Source: a virus (Duplodnaviria; Heunggongvirae; Uroviricota; Caudoviricetes). From it: a stretch of 15,512 bases of DNA. The notes beneath the pieces were generated by a model. That model was given only the letters and a program-made list of their open reading frames with translations. It was not told the origin of the DNA and made no database searches. Shown here piece after piece: positions 7,431 to 14,297 of the stretch. The translations under genes and the position numbers were made by a program. The stretch's first letter is position 1, and every line of letters begins with the position of its first letter. The DNA is taken from the IMG/VR virus record IMGVR_UViG_2617270964_000015; one strand, 5' to 3'.

Positions 7431-7969
7431 GCGCCTGTTTTCTCCCTGGCTGCCCGGCGCTGGCGTTTGCGCTTCTCATTCAGCGCCACCAGCCGCGTTT
7501 CTGCCTCCTGCTGTTCCTGTGGTGTCACTTCCCCACATGGCTGGCCTTTCAGGTCGTAGCGTCCCCCACCAGCCATTAAGGCGCGGTAATAGCGCGGACA
7601 CTGCGCATAAGATGCCAGCGTCGCACGTAATGCCCCTGGCCCGAATGCCAGCCCCCTGACGGCGAGATCCTGCATCAGGTCGTCGAATATCCCCACCTTA
7701 AGCGGCTTCGGTGCTTCCCGGCTGAATAATTCAGGCCACAGTTCGATAAGGCGGTTAACGCGTCTGCGGTTTTTGCGCTGGCGTTTGGTCATATGCCGCC
7801 ACGGTGTCGCCCCTGTGGGCTTCTGCTGCGCTTTCTGGTTATCGGGCATCACTTTATGCGCCGATGTGGTTTTATCCTGCTCCTGTGCCGCCTGCGTCGT
7901 TTTCTGCGGCGTGCCGTAAATGCCTTTAGGTTTTCTGTTAATGGTCAGCTTTGTCATGCTTTGCCCCAT
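7427..7969 (-). CDS. ProQ/FinO-family RNA-binding protein
   Basis: PLKVGIFDDLMQDLAVRGL...YRALMAGGGRYDLKGQPCGEVTPQEQQEAETRL parallels the ProQ N-terminal FinO-like domain as I recall it (PLKIGIF-DL, RYL, R-DL-G-PCGE) and is followed by a basic tail. ATG at 7969 or at 7957-7955; the latter has GGGG 6 nt upstream. Confidence 0.7.
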   Translation of the reverse strand: MGQSMTKLTINRKPKGIYGTPQKTTQAAQEQDKTTSAHKVMPDNQKAQQKPTGATPWRHMTKRQRKNRRRVNRLIELWPELFSREAPKPLKVGIFDDLMQDLAVRGLAFGPGALRATLASYAQCPRYYRALMAGGGRYDLKGQPCGEVTPQEQQEAETRLVALNEKRKRQRRAAREKTGA

Positions 7970-7974
7970 CGTTA

Positions 7975-8312
7975 CAACTGTCTACCAACTGTCTACTGAT
8001 ATAATTTATTGATTTATTTCATATTATTCACACATGAATAAAAAACAACCTATCAACTATCTACCAACTGTCTACCGCATTAATGCATTGATAATTAATG
8101 ATTTTTACTAAATGGTAGACAGAGTAGACAGTTAAAAGAGAAATTTTAAAAATGAACCCTTAACTATCTGTTTTTATATACCCCCCGTGGTTTAGGAATA
8201 TAGAAACAACTGTCTACTCTCTACCACATTTAAAAATATCTATACAATTCAATGTATTAATTGGTAGATAGTTGGTAGAGGGTTAAGTATTACTGTCTAC
8301 CAACAGTCTACC
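7975..8312. repeat. Iteron array: about 12 copies of a 10-11 bp motif CAACTGTCTAC(C) in six tandem pairs, both orientations; putative replication origin
   Basis: Direct pairs at 7975-7996 (caactgtctac x2), 8054-8075 (caactatctac + caactgtctac), 8207-8226 and 8292-8312. Inverted pairs at 8114-8133 (ggtagacagagtagacagtt) and 8262-8280 (ttggtagatagttggtagag). AT-rich stretches lie between pairs at about 8000-8050 and 8135-8200. The array sits directly 3' of the primase gene. Confidence 0.6.
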
Positions 8313-8339
8313 TTTACGTTTCAGCTTATAAATTTCGTA

Positions 8340-10145
8340 TTATGTTCTGTCGTTAATCCCTGTTGCTGCTGGCAACCAGCCATCAGCATCATCATCTAAC
8401 AGAACATTTGTTATCACTCGCCCTTTATCCGGGCCTTTAGTGCATTTAGCCCGCTTATACTCCTTTCCGTATTCCGCCATAGCACCCGGCATATCAGTGC
8501 CAAAGCGTTTCAGTGATACTGGTTTTCCCAGACCATGCGCTGACATATAGGCTAAATAAGCATGATACAGATATCGCCTCGGGCTAAATGGCACTATTCC
8601 CGCATTACCCACCATCATTCCTTCACATTTAACCAACGACATCAGATATCCGCAAAAGTCCACCAGTGAATCACCCTCACGTTTTATCACCAGAGCCTCT
8701 TCTGATTTCTGCTGCTCATATAACAGACGTCTGGCTTCATCCTGGTCAGAAAAACGAGTAAGCAGGTGGCGAATCACTACCGCCAGTTCGCCTTCTATTT
8801 TTTCCACCAGCATGGGATCGCGTTCGTTCTCCGGTACGACCTCAGAGAAATTAAATATCACCCTACGACGCGAGATCCCCCCGCTTCGGTCACTGAATGA
8901 CATGGCGTTATTGTTTACTGCCAGCACTACCGCCGGAATACGAGTGGAGTATGGGGCTTTATGTTTCGGGTCGATCGCCACCTTGTCACCACCAGTAATT
9001 GCCTTAATTCCTGCACCATCACCAGCGTAGCGGGTCATATCCGGCATGATAATCAGCGAAAAGCCAACGACTAACGCGCGTTCCCTTGCGTCTTCCAGCG
9101 CCTTCATGCTTGCCGATACTGTATTGGCCTTACCCGCCAGCATGGTACAAATCTCCGCCATCACACTTTTACCGCTTCCGCCCGGCCCCGTTACCTCAAG
9201 GAATAACTGCCAGTCGTACCGGTTCGCCAGTACCATGAATAATGCCGCCAGTACGCGATCTGCTTTACGATCGTTATTTGCCACCGAACGACGCAGCCAC
9301 TTCCAGAAATTCGGCGCATGTGTTGCCAGTGTTTCCCCCTCTGCTGGTGGGCTGAACGGTAATTCACTGGCATTTAACAACCAGTCATTTTTGTTATGCT
9401 CCCGAAAATTTCCTGTCCGGGTATCAAATACCCCGTTACTGAATCCAATAAGATTCCTGTCTGCCCCGCCCATAACAGGCAGGCTCAATTTCATTGTGTC
9501 TACGGCAAATTTAATGGCGTTTTGCGAATAACTGATTCCAGCATCAATAAAAATCTTCGCCATAGACCGCTGGAGTTCCTTATCAGATACAGGCTCCCAG
9601 ACAATTCCGTTGTAATGGTGAACTACATCAGAATCGTCATTTATAGCCAGTGCCCTTCCATAATATTCAAGCAATACTTCCCCTCTCTGGCTGGCTCCCA
9701 TCTGATTTAGTGCTGGCCTGGGTAGGTCACTATTTTTTGTGACTAATTTCATCGCTGAAACTTCCCCGCGCTCTGCCTGTTCGCGGATCCGTTGCAGGTA
9801 ATCGCGCCAGTTCTCCGGCTCCCGGTCGGTGATGCCTTTGTATAATTTCGCCTCCTGTACGCCAGCCAGTGCCAGTTTTTCAGCGATAGCATTGATCTGG
9901 ATTGGTTCGATCTCCCCCGCGAGATAGACACGCGCAAAGCGGCGTTCATCGTCGACAATGCGGATATTCGCCAGGTCTGCCAGTTGCTTTGGCCCCAAGT
10001 AAACAGGTGGTACGTTATCGCCGTGCTTCCGTCCTTCGCTTTCAATCCAGTGTTGAGCATGGGAGTAAGCATCCGTCCCGGCAAAAATGATTACCTCAGT
10101 GAATTTATCCTTCGGCTGATATTTCAAATTCGGTGCGTTTTTCAC
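8340..10145 (-). CDS. P4-family phage/plasmid primase-like replication protein with P-loop NTPase module
   Basis: 601-aa ORF with Walker A GPGGSGKS. Overall resemblance to satellite/PICI primase-replication proteins is from memory only. Start is GTG at 10145-10143 with GGAGG just upstream, overlapping the upstream gene's stop (GTGA). Stop TAA at 8342-8340. Confidence 0.8.
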   Translation of the reverse strand: MKNAPNLKYQPKDKFTEVIIFAGTDAYSHAQHWIESEGRKHGDNVPPVYLGPKQLADLANIRIVDDERRFARVYLAGEIEPIQINAIAEKLALAGVQEAKLYKGITDREPENWRDYLQRIREQAERGEVSAMKLVTKNSDLPRPALNQMGASQRGEVLLEYYGRALAINDDSDVVHHYNGIVWEPVSDKELQRSMAKIFIDAGISYSQNAIKFAVDTMKLSLPVMGGADRNLIGFSNGVFDTRTGNFREHNKNDWLLNASELPFSPPAEGETLATHAPNFWKWLRRSVANNDRKADRVLAALFMVLANRYDWQLFLEVTGPGGSGKSVMAEICTMLAGKANTVSASMKALEDARERALVVGFSLIIMPDMTRYAGDGAGIKAITGGDKVAIDPKHKAPYSTRIPAVVLAVNNNAMSFSDRSGGISRRRVIFNFSEVVPENERDPMLVEKIEGELAVVIRHLLTRFSDQDEARRLLYEQQKSEEALVIKREGDSLVDFCGYLMSLVKCEGMMVGNAGIVPFSPRRYLYHAYLAYMSAHGLGKPVSLKRFGTDMPGAMAEYGKEYKRAKCTKGPDKGRVITNVLLDDDADGWLPAATGINDRT

Positions 10146-10432
10146 TTCTTACCTCCCGCAACCAACATTGCCCGGATTTTTTTAATATTCGTGGCTGCAC
10201 GTCTCGCCACTGCCTGTTGTTTGTTTTCAAGCAGAATAAAATCACGCTCAAACTGACGGCGCGGCATTACGCAGTCATATTCGTAAGCCTCACGGCGGTA
10301 GGTGATATTGCCTGGCGTAACGTGACGAATAACCACTCGTCCCCCACGCCTGGTGTCGCGGTAAATATCTCCGTGTCTGATTTCAGGTCGAGAGAGGCCG
10401 CTGGCAGTAAAGCCAGAATTTTTCTTTTTCAT
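10142..10432 (-). CDS. Hypothetical basic protein (96 aa), translationally coupled to the primase gene
   Basis: ATG at 10432-10430; stop TGA overlaps the primase GTG start. Lys/Arg-rich, no motif assigned. Confidence 0.5.
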   Translation of the reverse strand: MKKKNSGFTASGLSRPEIRHGDIYRDTRRGGRVVIRHVTPGNITYRREAYEYDCVMPRRQFERDFILLENKQQAVARRAATNIKKIRAMLVAGGKK

Positions 10433-10485
10433 GGTTTTATTTTCCTGTCAGCAGTTCCGGTTTTATTTCCGCACGAATACAGAGT

Positions 10486-10638
10486 TCAGAAAAAAAATTC
10501 AGGAGAACCAACAATCTCATTACTTTTCAGTCGGCATTGTGATTTCACTTTCCCTTTATCCAAGTAAACCAGCACGCGTCCGGTGAAATCATCTGGCACA
10601 CTCAGGGTAATTGTCATTGTTGCTTGCTGATTATCCAT
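10486..10638 (-). CDS. Small ORF (50 aa) carrying the third copy of an FTG repeat unit; likely the out-of-frame 3' part of the upstream gene
   Basis: ATG at 10638-10636 lies immediately after the homopolymer. The translation MDNQQATMTITLSVPDDFTGRVLVYLDKGKV... repeats the FTG-x-LV unit found twice in the upstream ORF. Confidence 0.3.
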   Translation of the reverse strand: MDNQQATMTITLSVPDDFTGRVLVYLDKGKVKSQCRLKSNEIVGSPEFFF

Positions 10639-11000
10639 GATTCCCCCCCCCCCTGAATAACCTGATAACCGCAACTGGTCAGCAATTCGATAAATTCCGG
10701 CAATGTGCCGAAACAGCAATCATCACGCAGACGTTCGCGGGATACCTCAACGTCGTTTTCATAATGGCTCACCATGCGTCCGGTAAAATGCAAATCATCA
10801 TCGTGATGGCACGTTGACGGTTTAATCAGTCGCGCACGCTCTGCCAGTTCCAGCAATGCTTCAACACTTCCGGCAATTGCACCATCCGGCAGGTGGTAAT
10901 TACGCACTATGCGCCCGTTCTCCACATGGACCAGTAGCTGCCCGGTAAATTTCTCGTCAAACTGAATGCGGTTAAGGTCGGTAAGTGACAGGTTAATCAT
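10614..11000 (-). CDS. Hypothetical protein with two internal repeats (128 aa as read), ending just after a G11 tract
   Basis: ATG at 11000-10998 overlaps the upstream stop (ATGATTAA). Repeats DEKFTGQLLVHVENGRIV and DLHFTGRMVSHYENDVEV. C-terminus ...VIQGGGESWIISKQQ is encoded across the homopolymer. Confidence 0.5.
   Translation of the reverse strand: MINLSLTDLNRIQFDEKFTGQLLVHVENGRIVRNYHLPDGAIAGSVEALLELAERARLIKPSTCHHDDDLHFTGRMVSHYENDVEVSRERLRDDCCFGTLPEFIELLTSCGYQVIQGGGESWIISKQQ
10643..10653. repeat. Homopolymeric tract C11 (G11 on the coding minus strand) inside a coding region
   Basis: ttcccccccccccctg; eleven consecutive C at 10643-10653. Confidence 0.9.
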
Positions 11001-11358
11001 GGCGCACCTCCTGGCGAATACGGGCGGCGAATACCATCACGCAGCCATCAGGAGATTGCTGGCGTGCTTCCTGTTCGCTGGTGGCCTCGATGTGAATCAC
11101 GCGCGGTTGTGCCGTACTCAGGGCGATAAAACGCCAGATAGAATTGTTTTCGCATTTCTGAATAAACAGCGTGTTTTCTTCGCGCCCTTTCCATGTTGCC
11201 GAGATATAGCCCATGTCATTGAGCATCTCGCAGGCATCCACCAGCGTATCAGCGGCTACGTGTACAGTGTTTTTACCGTCAGCTATGCAATCACGGTGCA
11301 CCGCCAGGAAGGTGTATATAAATTTAGGGTGAGTTTGGGTATGCTGTGTTCCAGCCAT
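10993..11358 (-). CDS. Hypothetical protein (121 aa), first gene of the primase operon
   Basis: ATG at 11358-11356 with GAGG upstream on the coding strand. This is the 3' third of the 382-aa ORF-track entry 10993..12141, whose upstream part crosses the divergent regulatory region and a plus-strand gene. Stop overlaps the next start. Confidence 0.5.
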   Translation of the reverse strand: MAGTQHTQTHPKFIYTFLAVHRDCIADGKNTVHVAADTLVDACEMLNDMGYISATWKGREENTLFIQKCENNSIWRFIALSTAQPRVIHIEATSEQEARQQSPDGCVMVFAARIRQEVRHD

Positions 11359-11557
11359 AATCGTTACCTCGTTTAACGGTTTGGTTAGAAGCCCCGTTAC
11401 TGCTCCAACAGTGCGGGGCTTCGTTGTTTCAATTGCTGAATTGCATGTATCAGCCCTTGTGGTATTCAGATTACATTTTGGTGAATACCATTTCAAGTCT
11501 TTTTTGGTATTCACTTTTGTATTACACTGCATCCCGTTATTAATCGGAGGTGCAAAC
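11359..11557. promoter_or_regulatory. Divergent intergenic control region with hairpin and GGTATTCA operator-like repeats
   Basis: Stem-loop gaagccccg-(17 nt)-cggggcttc at about 11390-11425. Three copies of GGTATTCA / TGAATACC at about 11460-11516, one inverted. GGAGG at 11546-11550 precedes the ATG at 11558. Confidence 0.45.
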
Positions 11558-11863
11558 ATGTCCACGAGTTCTGTTAACAATAAGTCACAGCAACTGAATG
11601 CCAGATTTCCACATGAAGTAGTGAGTGGCATTGAGGCATCCCTACAGCCAGGGGAAACTAAAGCGAATTTTATAGTTACGGCTGTACGCGGTGAGATCGC
11701 CCGCCGCCAGGCAGAAGGAAGCGGAGAAAACCCCCTAGTTTCTTCGCTCGATGCGCTGGCGCAGGTGGAAAAAATCGGTGTCAAAGCTGCCGAGGAGATC
11801 GGGCAACTCGTCACCGTCGCGCGTGAAGAACTCCAGCGGCGCAAGGCCAAAGAACAGGAGTAG
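11558..11863 (+). CDS. Ribbon-helix-helix (Arc/MetJ-type) DNA-binding regulator, 101 aa
   Basis: ATG at 11558 seven nt after GGAGG; the ORF-track start at 11381 is unlikely because it crosses the control region. QQLNARFPHEVVSGIEA then ANFIVTAVRGEIARRQ fits the beta-strand-helix-helix pattern of Arc-like repressors. It is the only confident plus-strand gene inside the element. Confidence 0.55.
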   Translation: MSTSSVNNKSQQLNARFPHEVVSGIEASLQPGETKANFIVTAVRGEIARRQAEGSGENPLVSSLDALAQVEKIGVKAAEEIGQLVTVAREELQRRKAKEQE

Positions 11864-12087
11864 TTGATCAGCACCGGGCAACCAGAAAAAATCGTATCAG
11901 TTGCGCCACCAGCAAATTTTTTTGCTTTCCGGACGACGTTGCCAACGGCATTTTGCAGCAAAATATTCCGCATTTCTGGCGTACTGTAGTAACGGTGATC
12001 AGCGCCTTCACTCTGTGCGACCACAACGCTATAATCTGCCTCGTAGACAGTAAGCAATATAGCGCAGTAGAATATTCGTTCACAAAG

Positions 12088-12119
12088 GCGCTCCGGCAAC
12101 GGGGCGCTTTCTCTTTTTG
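12088..12119 (+). terminator. Intrinsic terminator-like hairpin, plus strand
   Basis: gcgctcc-ggcaac-ggggcgc (7-bp stem with one G-U pair, 12088-12107) followed by tttctctttttg (12108-12119). It lies about 225 nt past the stop of the plus-strand regulator gene and about 27 nt past the stop of the convergent minus-strand gene. Confidence 0.5.
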
Positions 12120-12133
12120 TAACGGTCAGAGCG

Positions 12134-12982
12134 TTACACATGGCTGTTTTCCTCCATGCGACGGGCTAACCAACGCTGCGAAAGACGAATTAATTCAGCT
12201 TTCCGCTGGTGGTAGTCCTGGCCTAACTCAATCAGCGTGATATTGCTCTGCTCAAGGTAAGAAAGGTGCTCAAGCTGCAACGTGCTCATGTGGTCGCGTG
12301 GTTCGCCTGTAATGCCGTTCGCCTGCGCCCACTGTTTTGCAGTCATGCCACCCAGCACGATACGCGCCAGCATATTGGCTTCCGTGGTGTAGTGGTGCTG
12401 GAGTGTGTTTTTACCCAGCTCAGCCCGGTATGCTTCCAGCGCGGCGCACATCGGCTTAAAGTAGCTGGCAACGGTGATACGGGCTTTCAGTTCCCGGCGT
12501 AACGCTGCGGAACGCACTGGCGCTACCTTGTGTAGCTCCTCCTCGCATTTGATGAAGTACTGACGAACGGCACGGCCCTGTTCGGTGCGTTCGACCATCG
12601 CCAGTTCTTTTGCCATGTTCGTGGAGATCAAATAGTCTTCACTGCGACGATCACCGCCGCGCTTTGTTGTCCAATCAGAATCAAACTGTTCAATATTTAC
12701 ACTTTGGTTCCCCCGTTTCGGGGAATCAAAGTACAAATTTTCTACAACTTTAAAATCCACGCCATTTTTAAATCCGTACTCATCAATACGTCCTTTAATC
12801 CAGGTAGTGAAATCACGGCCTCCCCCGAGCGCCTTATGCAACGCTCTGGCGCTAACAATATTGGTTTCACGCCCGCCAATAACGCCGGAAATAACCGGGA
12901 TAATTTCGCCGAAATTTTGCAGATTCTGGTTTTCAGGCCGAACTAAGCCCTGCCCCTGTACGGGCGTTTTTCGCTGTTTCAT
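12134..12982 (-). CDS. AntA/AntB-family phage antirepressor-like protein
   Basis: ATG at 12982-12980 with AGGAG 5 nt upstream. N-terminal region ARALHKALGGGRDFTTWIKGRIDEYGFKNGVDFKV ... MAKELAMVERTEQGRAVRQYFIKCEE matches the AntA-domain pattern I recall (DF-TWIK-RI--YGF, AKELAMVER--G---RQYFI-CE). Confidence 0.65.
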   Translation of the reverse strand: MKQRKTPVQGQGLVRPENQNLQNFGEIIPVISGVIGGRETNIVSARALHKALGGGRDFTTWIKGRIDEYGFKNGVDFKVVENLYFDSPKRGNQSVNIEQFDSDWTTKRGGDRRSEDYLISTNMAKELAMVERTEQGRAVRQYFIKCEEELHKVAPVRSAALRRELKARITVASYFKPMCAALEAYRAELGKNTLQHHYTTEANMLARIVLGGMTAKQWAQANGITGEPRDHMSTLQLEHLSYLEQSNITLIELGQDYHQRKAELIRLSQRWLARRMEENSHV

Positions 12983-13059
12983 AAAAACTCCTGCTAACGA
13001 ATTAAGTTACTTTTATTTGCTGGTGGATAGCTGGGGCTTCTGGCCCCGTAGCCATTTAA

Positions 13060-13260
13060 TCAGGTAGCTGTTCCGCGTGATTCCGCAATACGCTGATTAA
13101 TCCACTCGTCAATTTCACTCTCAACGAAAGCAATAGCTCGCGAGCCAATTTTTACAGGTTTAGGAAAACTCCCTTGGGCAATGAGTTTATAGATCCATGC
13201 CCTTCCATAGCCTGTACGGCGCATGGTTTCTGACATACGAATTAAATTTTGCTTATCCAT
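13060..13260 (-). CDS. alpA: AlpA-family transcriptional regulator / excisionase-like HTH protein
   Basis: MDKQNLIRMSETMRRTGYGRAWIYKLIAQGSFPKPVKIGSRAIAFVESEIDEWINQR matches the AlpA family (small HTH protein ending -EIDEWI-QR). ATG at 13260-13258 has AGGAG 6 nt upstream; the ORF-track start at 13305 is less likely. It lies downstream of int on the same strand, as in P4-like and PICI elements. Confidence 0.75.
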   Translation of the reverse strand: MDKQNLIRMSETMRRTGYGRAWIYKLIAQGSFPKPVKIGSRAIAFVESEIDEWINQRIAESRGTAT

Positions 13261-13317
13261 ACACTTCTCCTGATGCATATAAAAGTCTGTTTCTGGAATA
13301 TACACAAGAGAAGGATG

Positions 13318-13380
13318 TATTTTTTAAATTAAATATTAAAATTTAAATTAAATACAATTTAATTCAATTTAAATAATTTT
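13318..13380. repeat. AT-only low-complexity repeat (AATTTAAAT-type units) spanning the 3' end of the cargo gene and the alpA upstream region
   Basis: ttttttaaattaaatattaaaatttaaattaaatacaatttaattcaatttaaataatttt, with multiple overlapping direct and palindromic AAATT/AATTT units. Confidence 0.6.
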
Positions 13381-14267
13381 CTGTACTCCTCTGGGATAAC
13401 CAAGCGGAAATCATCTTTTGTTTCCACTCCTGTTTTGCCAATTCCTTCTGAACAAAGAATATTTCTAATTGTACCTACTTTAGGCGTATTAACAGCATCA
13501 ATAGAATAAAGCAAGGAGTGTATTTTATTGATAATTAATGTCGTATGGCTCCACGGATAAGAAATACGAGTAGCTTTCGCTACATCAACAATAACATTTC
13601 GATAGATATTTCTAGGCTTACCCACCATTTTGTTAATTGTTTCGCAACTACGTGAATTCACCCCATCCATTTTACTTTTAATAAAATCGGGATACTTTTC
13701 CATAGATGATTTGACTTGGTTTAATCTCCAATTTATTGTCACCCCACCATTTTTAAGCAAAAATAATTCACTTTTAGTTATAACTAAATCGCTTGTTTTA
13801 ATATTTATACCGCCATTAATTAAAATTACTCGTGGGTTATAATCCTCCAAGTTATAGTGCGTAAAAGATGGAAGCCTCACTGGATATAGCCTATCAACAA
13901 CAAATTCTTTTACGTTATCAAAATCAGCATCCATCTTAAAAAGATTGGATATTCGGACAGAAAAAAGACCACAGGCCTTAATGACTTTTCTATGTTTTAA
14001 CTTTCCATTAGATTCGCAACTAATAACTTCACTTATTTTTGCATAGTTAGAGCGATGTCTGAATTTTTTACTTCTTGTATTAGAAAATATTTCTTTATTA
14101 AATTTACCACGAACAGAGACCCTTCCTTCTTCAATAAGCTCTGACAAATCTATATTTATTGCTACATCAACCATTCCGATTGATATATAGTGAAATAAAT
14201 CATAAACATCTCTATTTATCTCAAAAGCTGCTTTATTCAGAGTGTAAAACAATCTTTCAGGAAGCAT
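13359..14267 (-). CDS. Hypothetical AT-rich cargo protein (302 aa) between int and alpA
   Basis: ATG at 14267-14265 with AGGTGA upstream, only about 30 bp after the integrase stop. Uninterrupted 302-codon ORF in clearly AT-rich DNA (by eye about one-third G+C, against about half in flanking int and alpA). Asn/Ile/Lys-rich; no catalytic motif I can name. Confidence 0.6.
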   Translation of the reverse strand: MLPERLFYTLNKAAFEINRDVYDLFHYISIGMVDVAINIDLSELIEEGRVSVRGKFNKEIFSNTRSKKFRHRSNYAKISEVISCESNGKLKHRKVIKACGLFSVRISNLFKMDADFDNVKEFVVDRLYPVRLPSFTHYNLEDYNPRVILINGGINIKTSDLVITKSELFLLKNGGVTINWRLNQVKSSMEKYPDFIKSKMDGVNSRSCETINKMVGKPRNIYRNVIVDVAKATRISYPWSHTTLIINKIHSLLYSIDAVNTPKVGTIRNILCSEGIGKTGVETKDDFRLVIPEEYRKLFKLN

Positions 14268-14297
14268 GATATCACCTATATAAGAATATCAATGTAA

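Noticed and set aside
7031-7659. Track ORFs 7031..7393(-), 7218..7559(+), 7231..7425(+), 7429..7659(+)
   Set aside because: Alternative-frame or antisense ORFs over the ProQ-like and PerC-like genes and the terminator region, with Arg/Ser/Ala-rich translations typical of GC-rich shadow frames.
7975-8312. Repeat array considered as a CRISPR array
   Set aside because: Units are only 10-11 bp, occur in both orientations and in adjacent pairs with irregular spacing, and no cas genes are present. An iteron origin fits better.
8812-10090. Track ORFs inside the primase gene on either strand (8812..9030, 9046..9531, 9191..9373, 9396..9710, 9749..10084, 9902..10090)
   Set aside because: All are embedded in or antisense to a 601-aa gene with a clear P-loop; shadow ORFs of a GC-balanced coding region.
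10993-12141. 382-aa minus-strand ORF from the six-frame track
   Set aside because: It runs through the divergent control region and antisense to the plus-strand RHH gene. Only its 3' 366 nt, from the ATG at 11358 with an RBS, are plausible and are annotated as a 121-aa gene.
12266-13067. Plus-strand ORFs 12266..12502, 12704..12946 and 12807..13067
   Set aside because: Antisense to the AntA-like gene, which has a strong RBS and a family signature.
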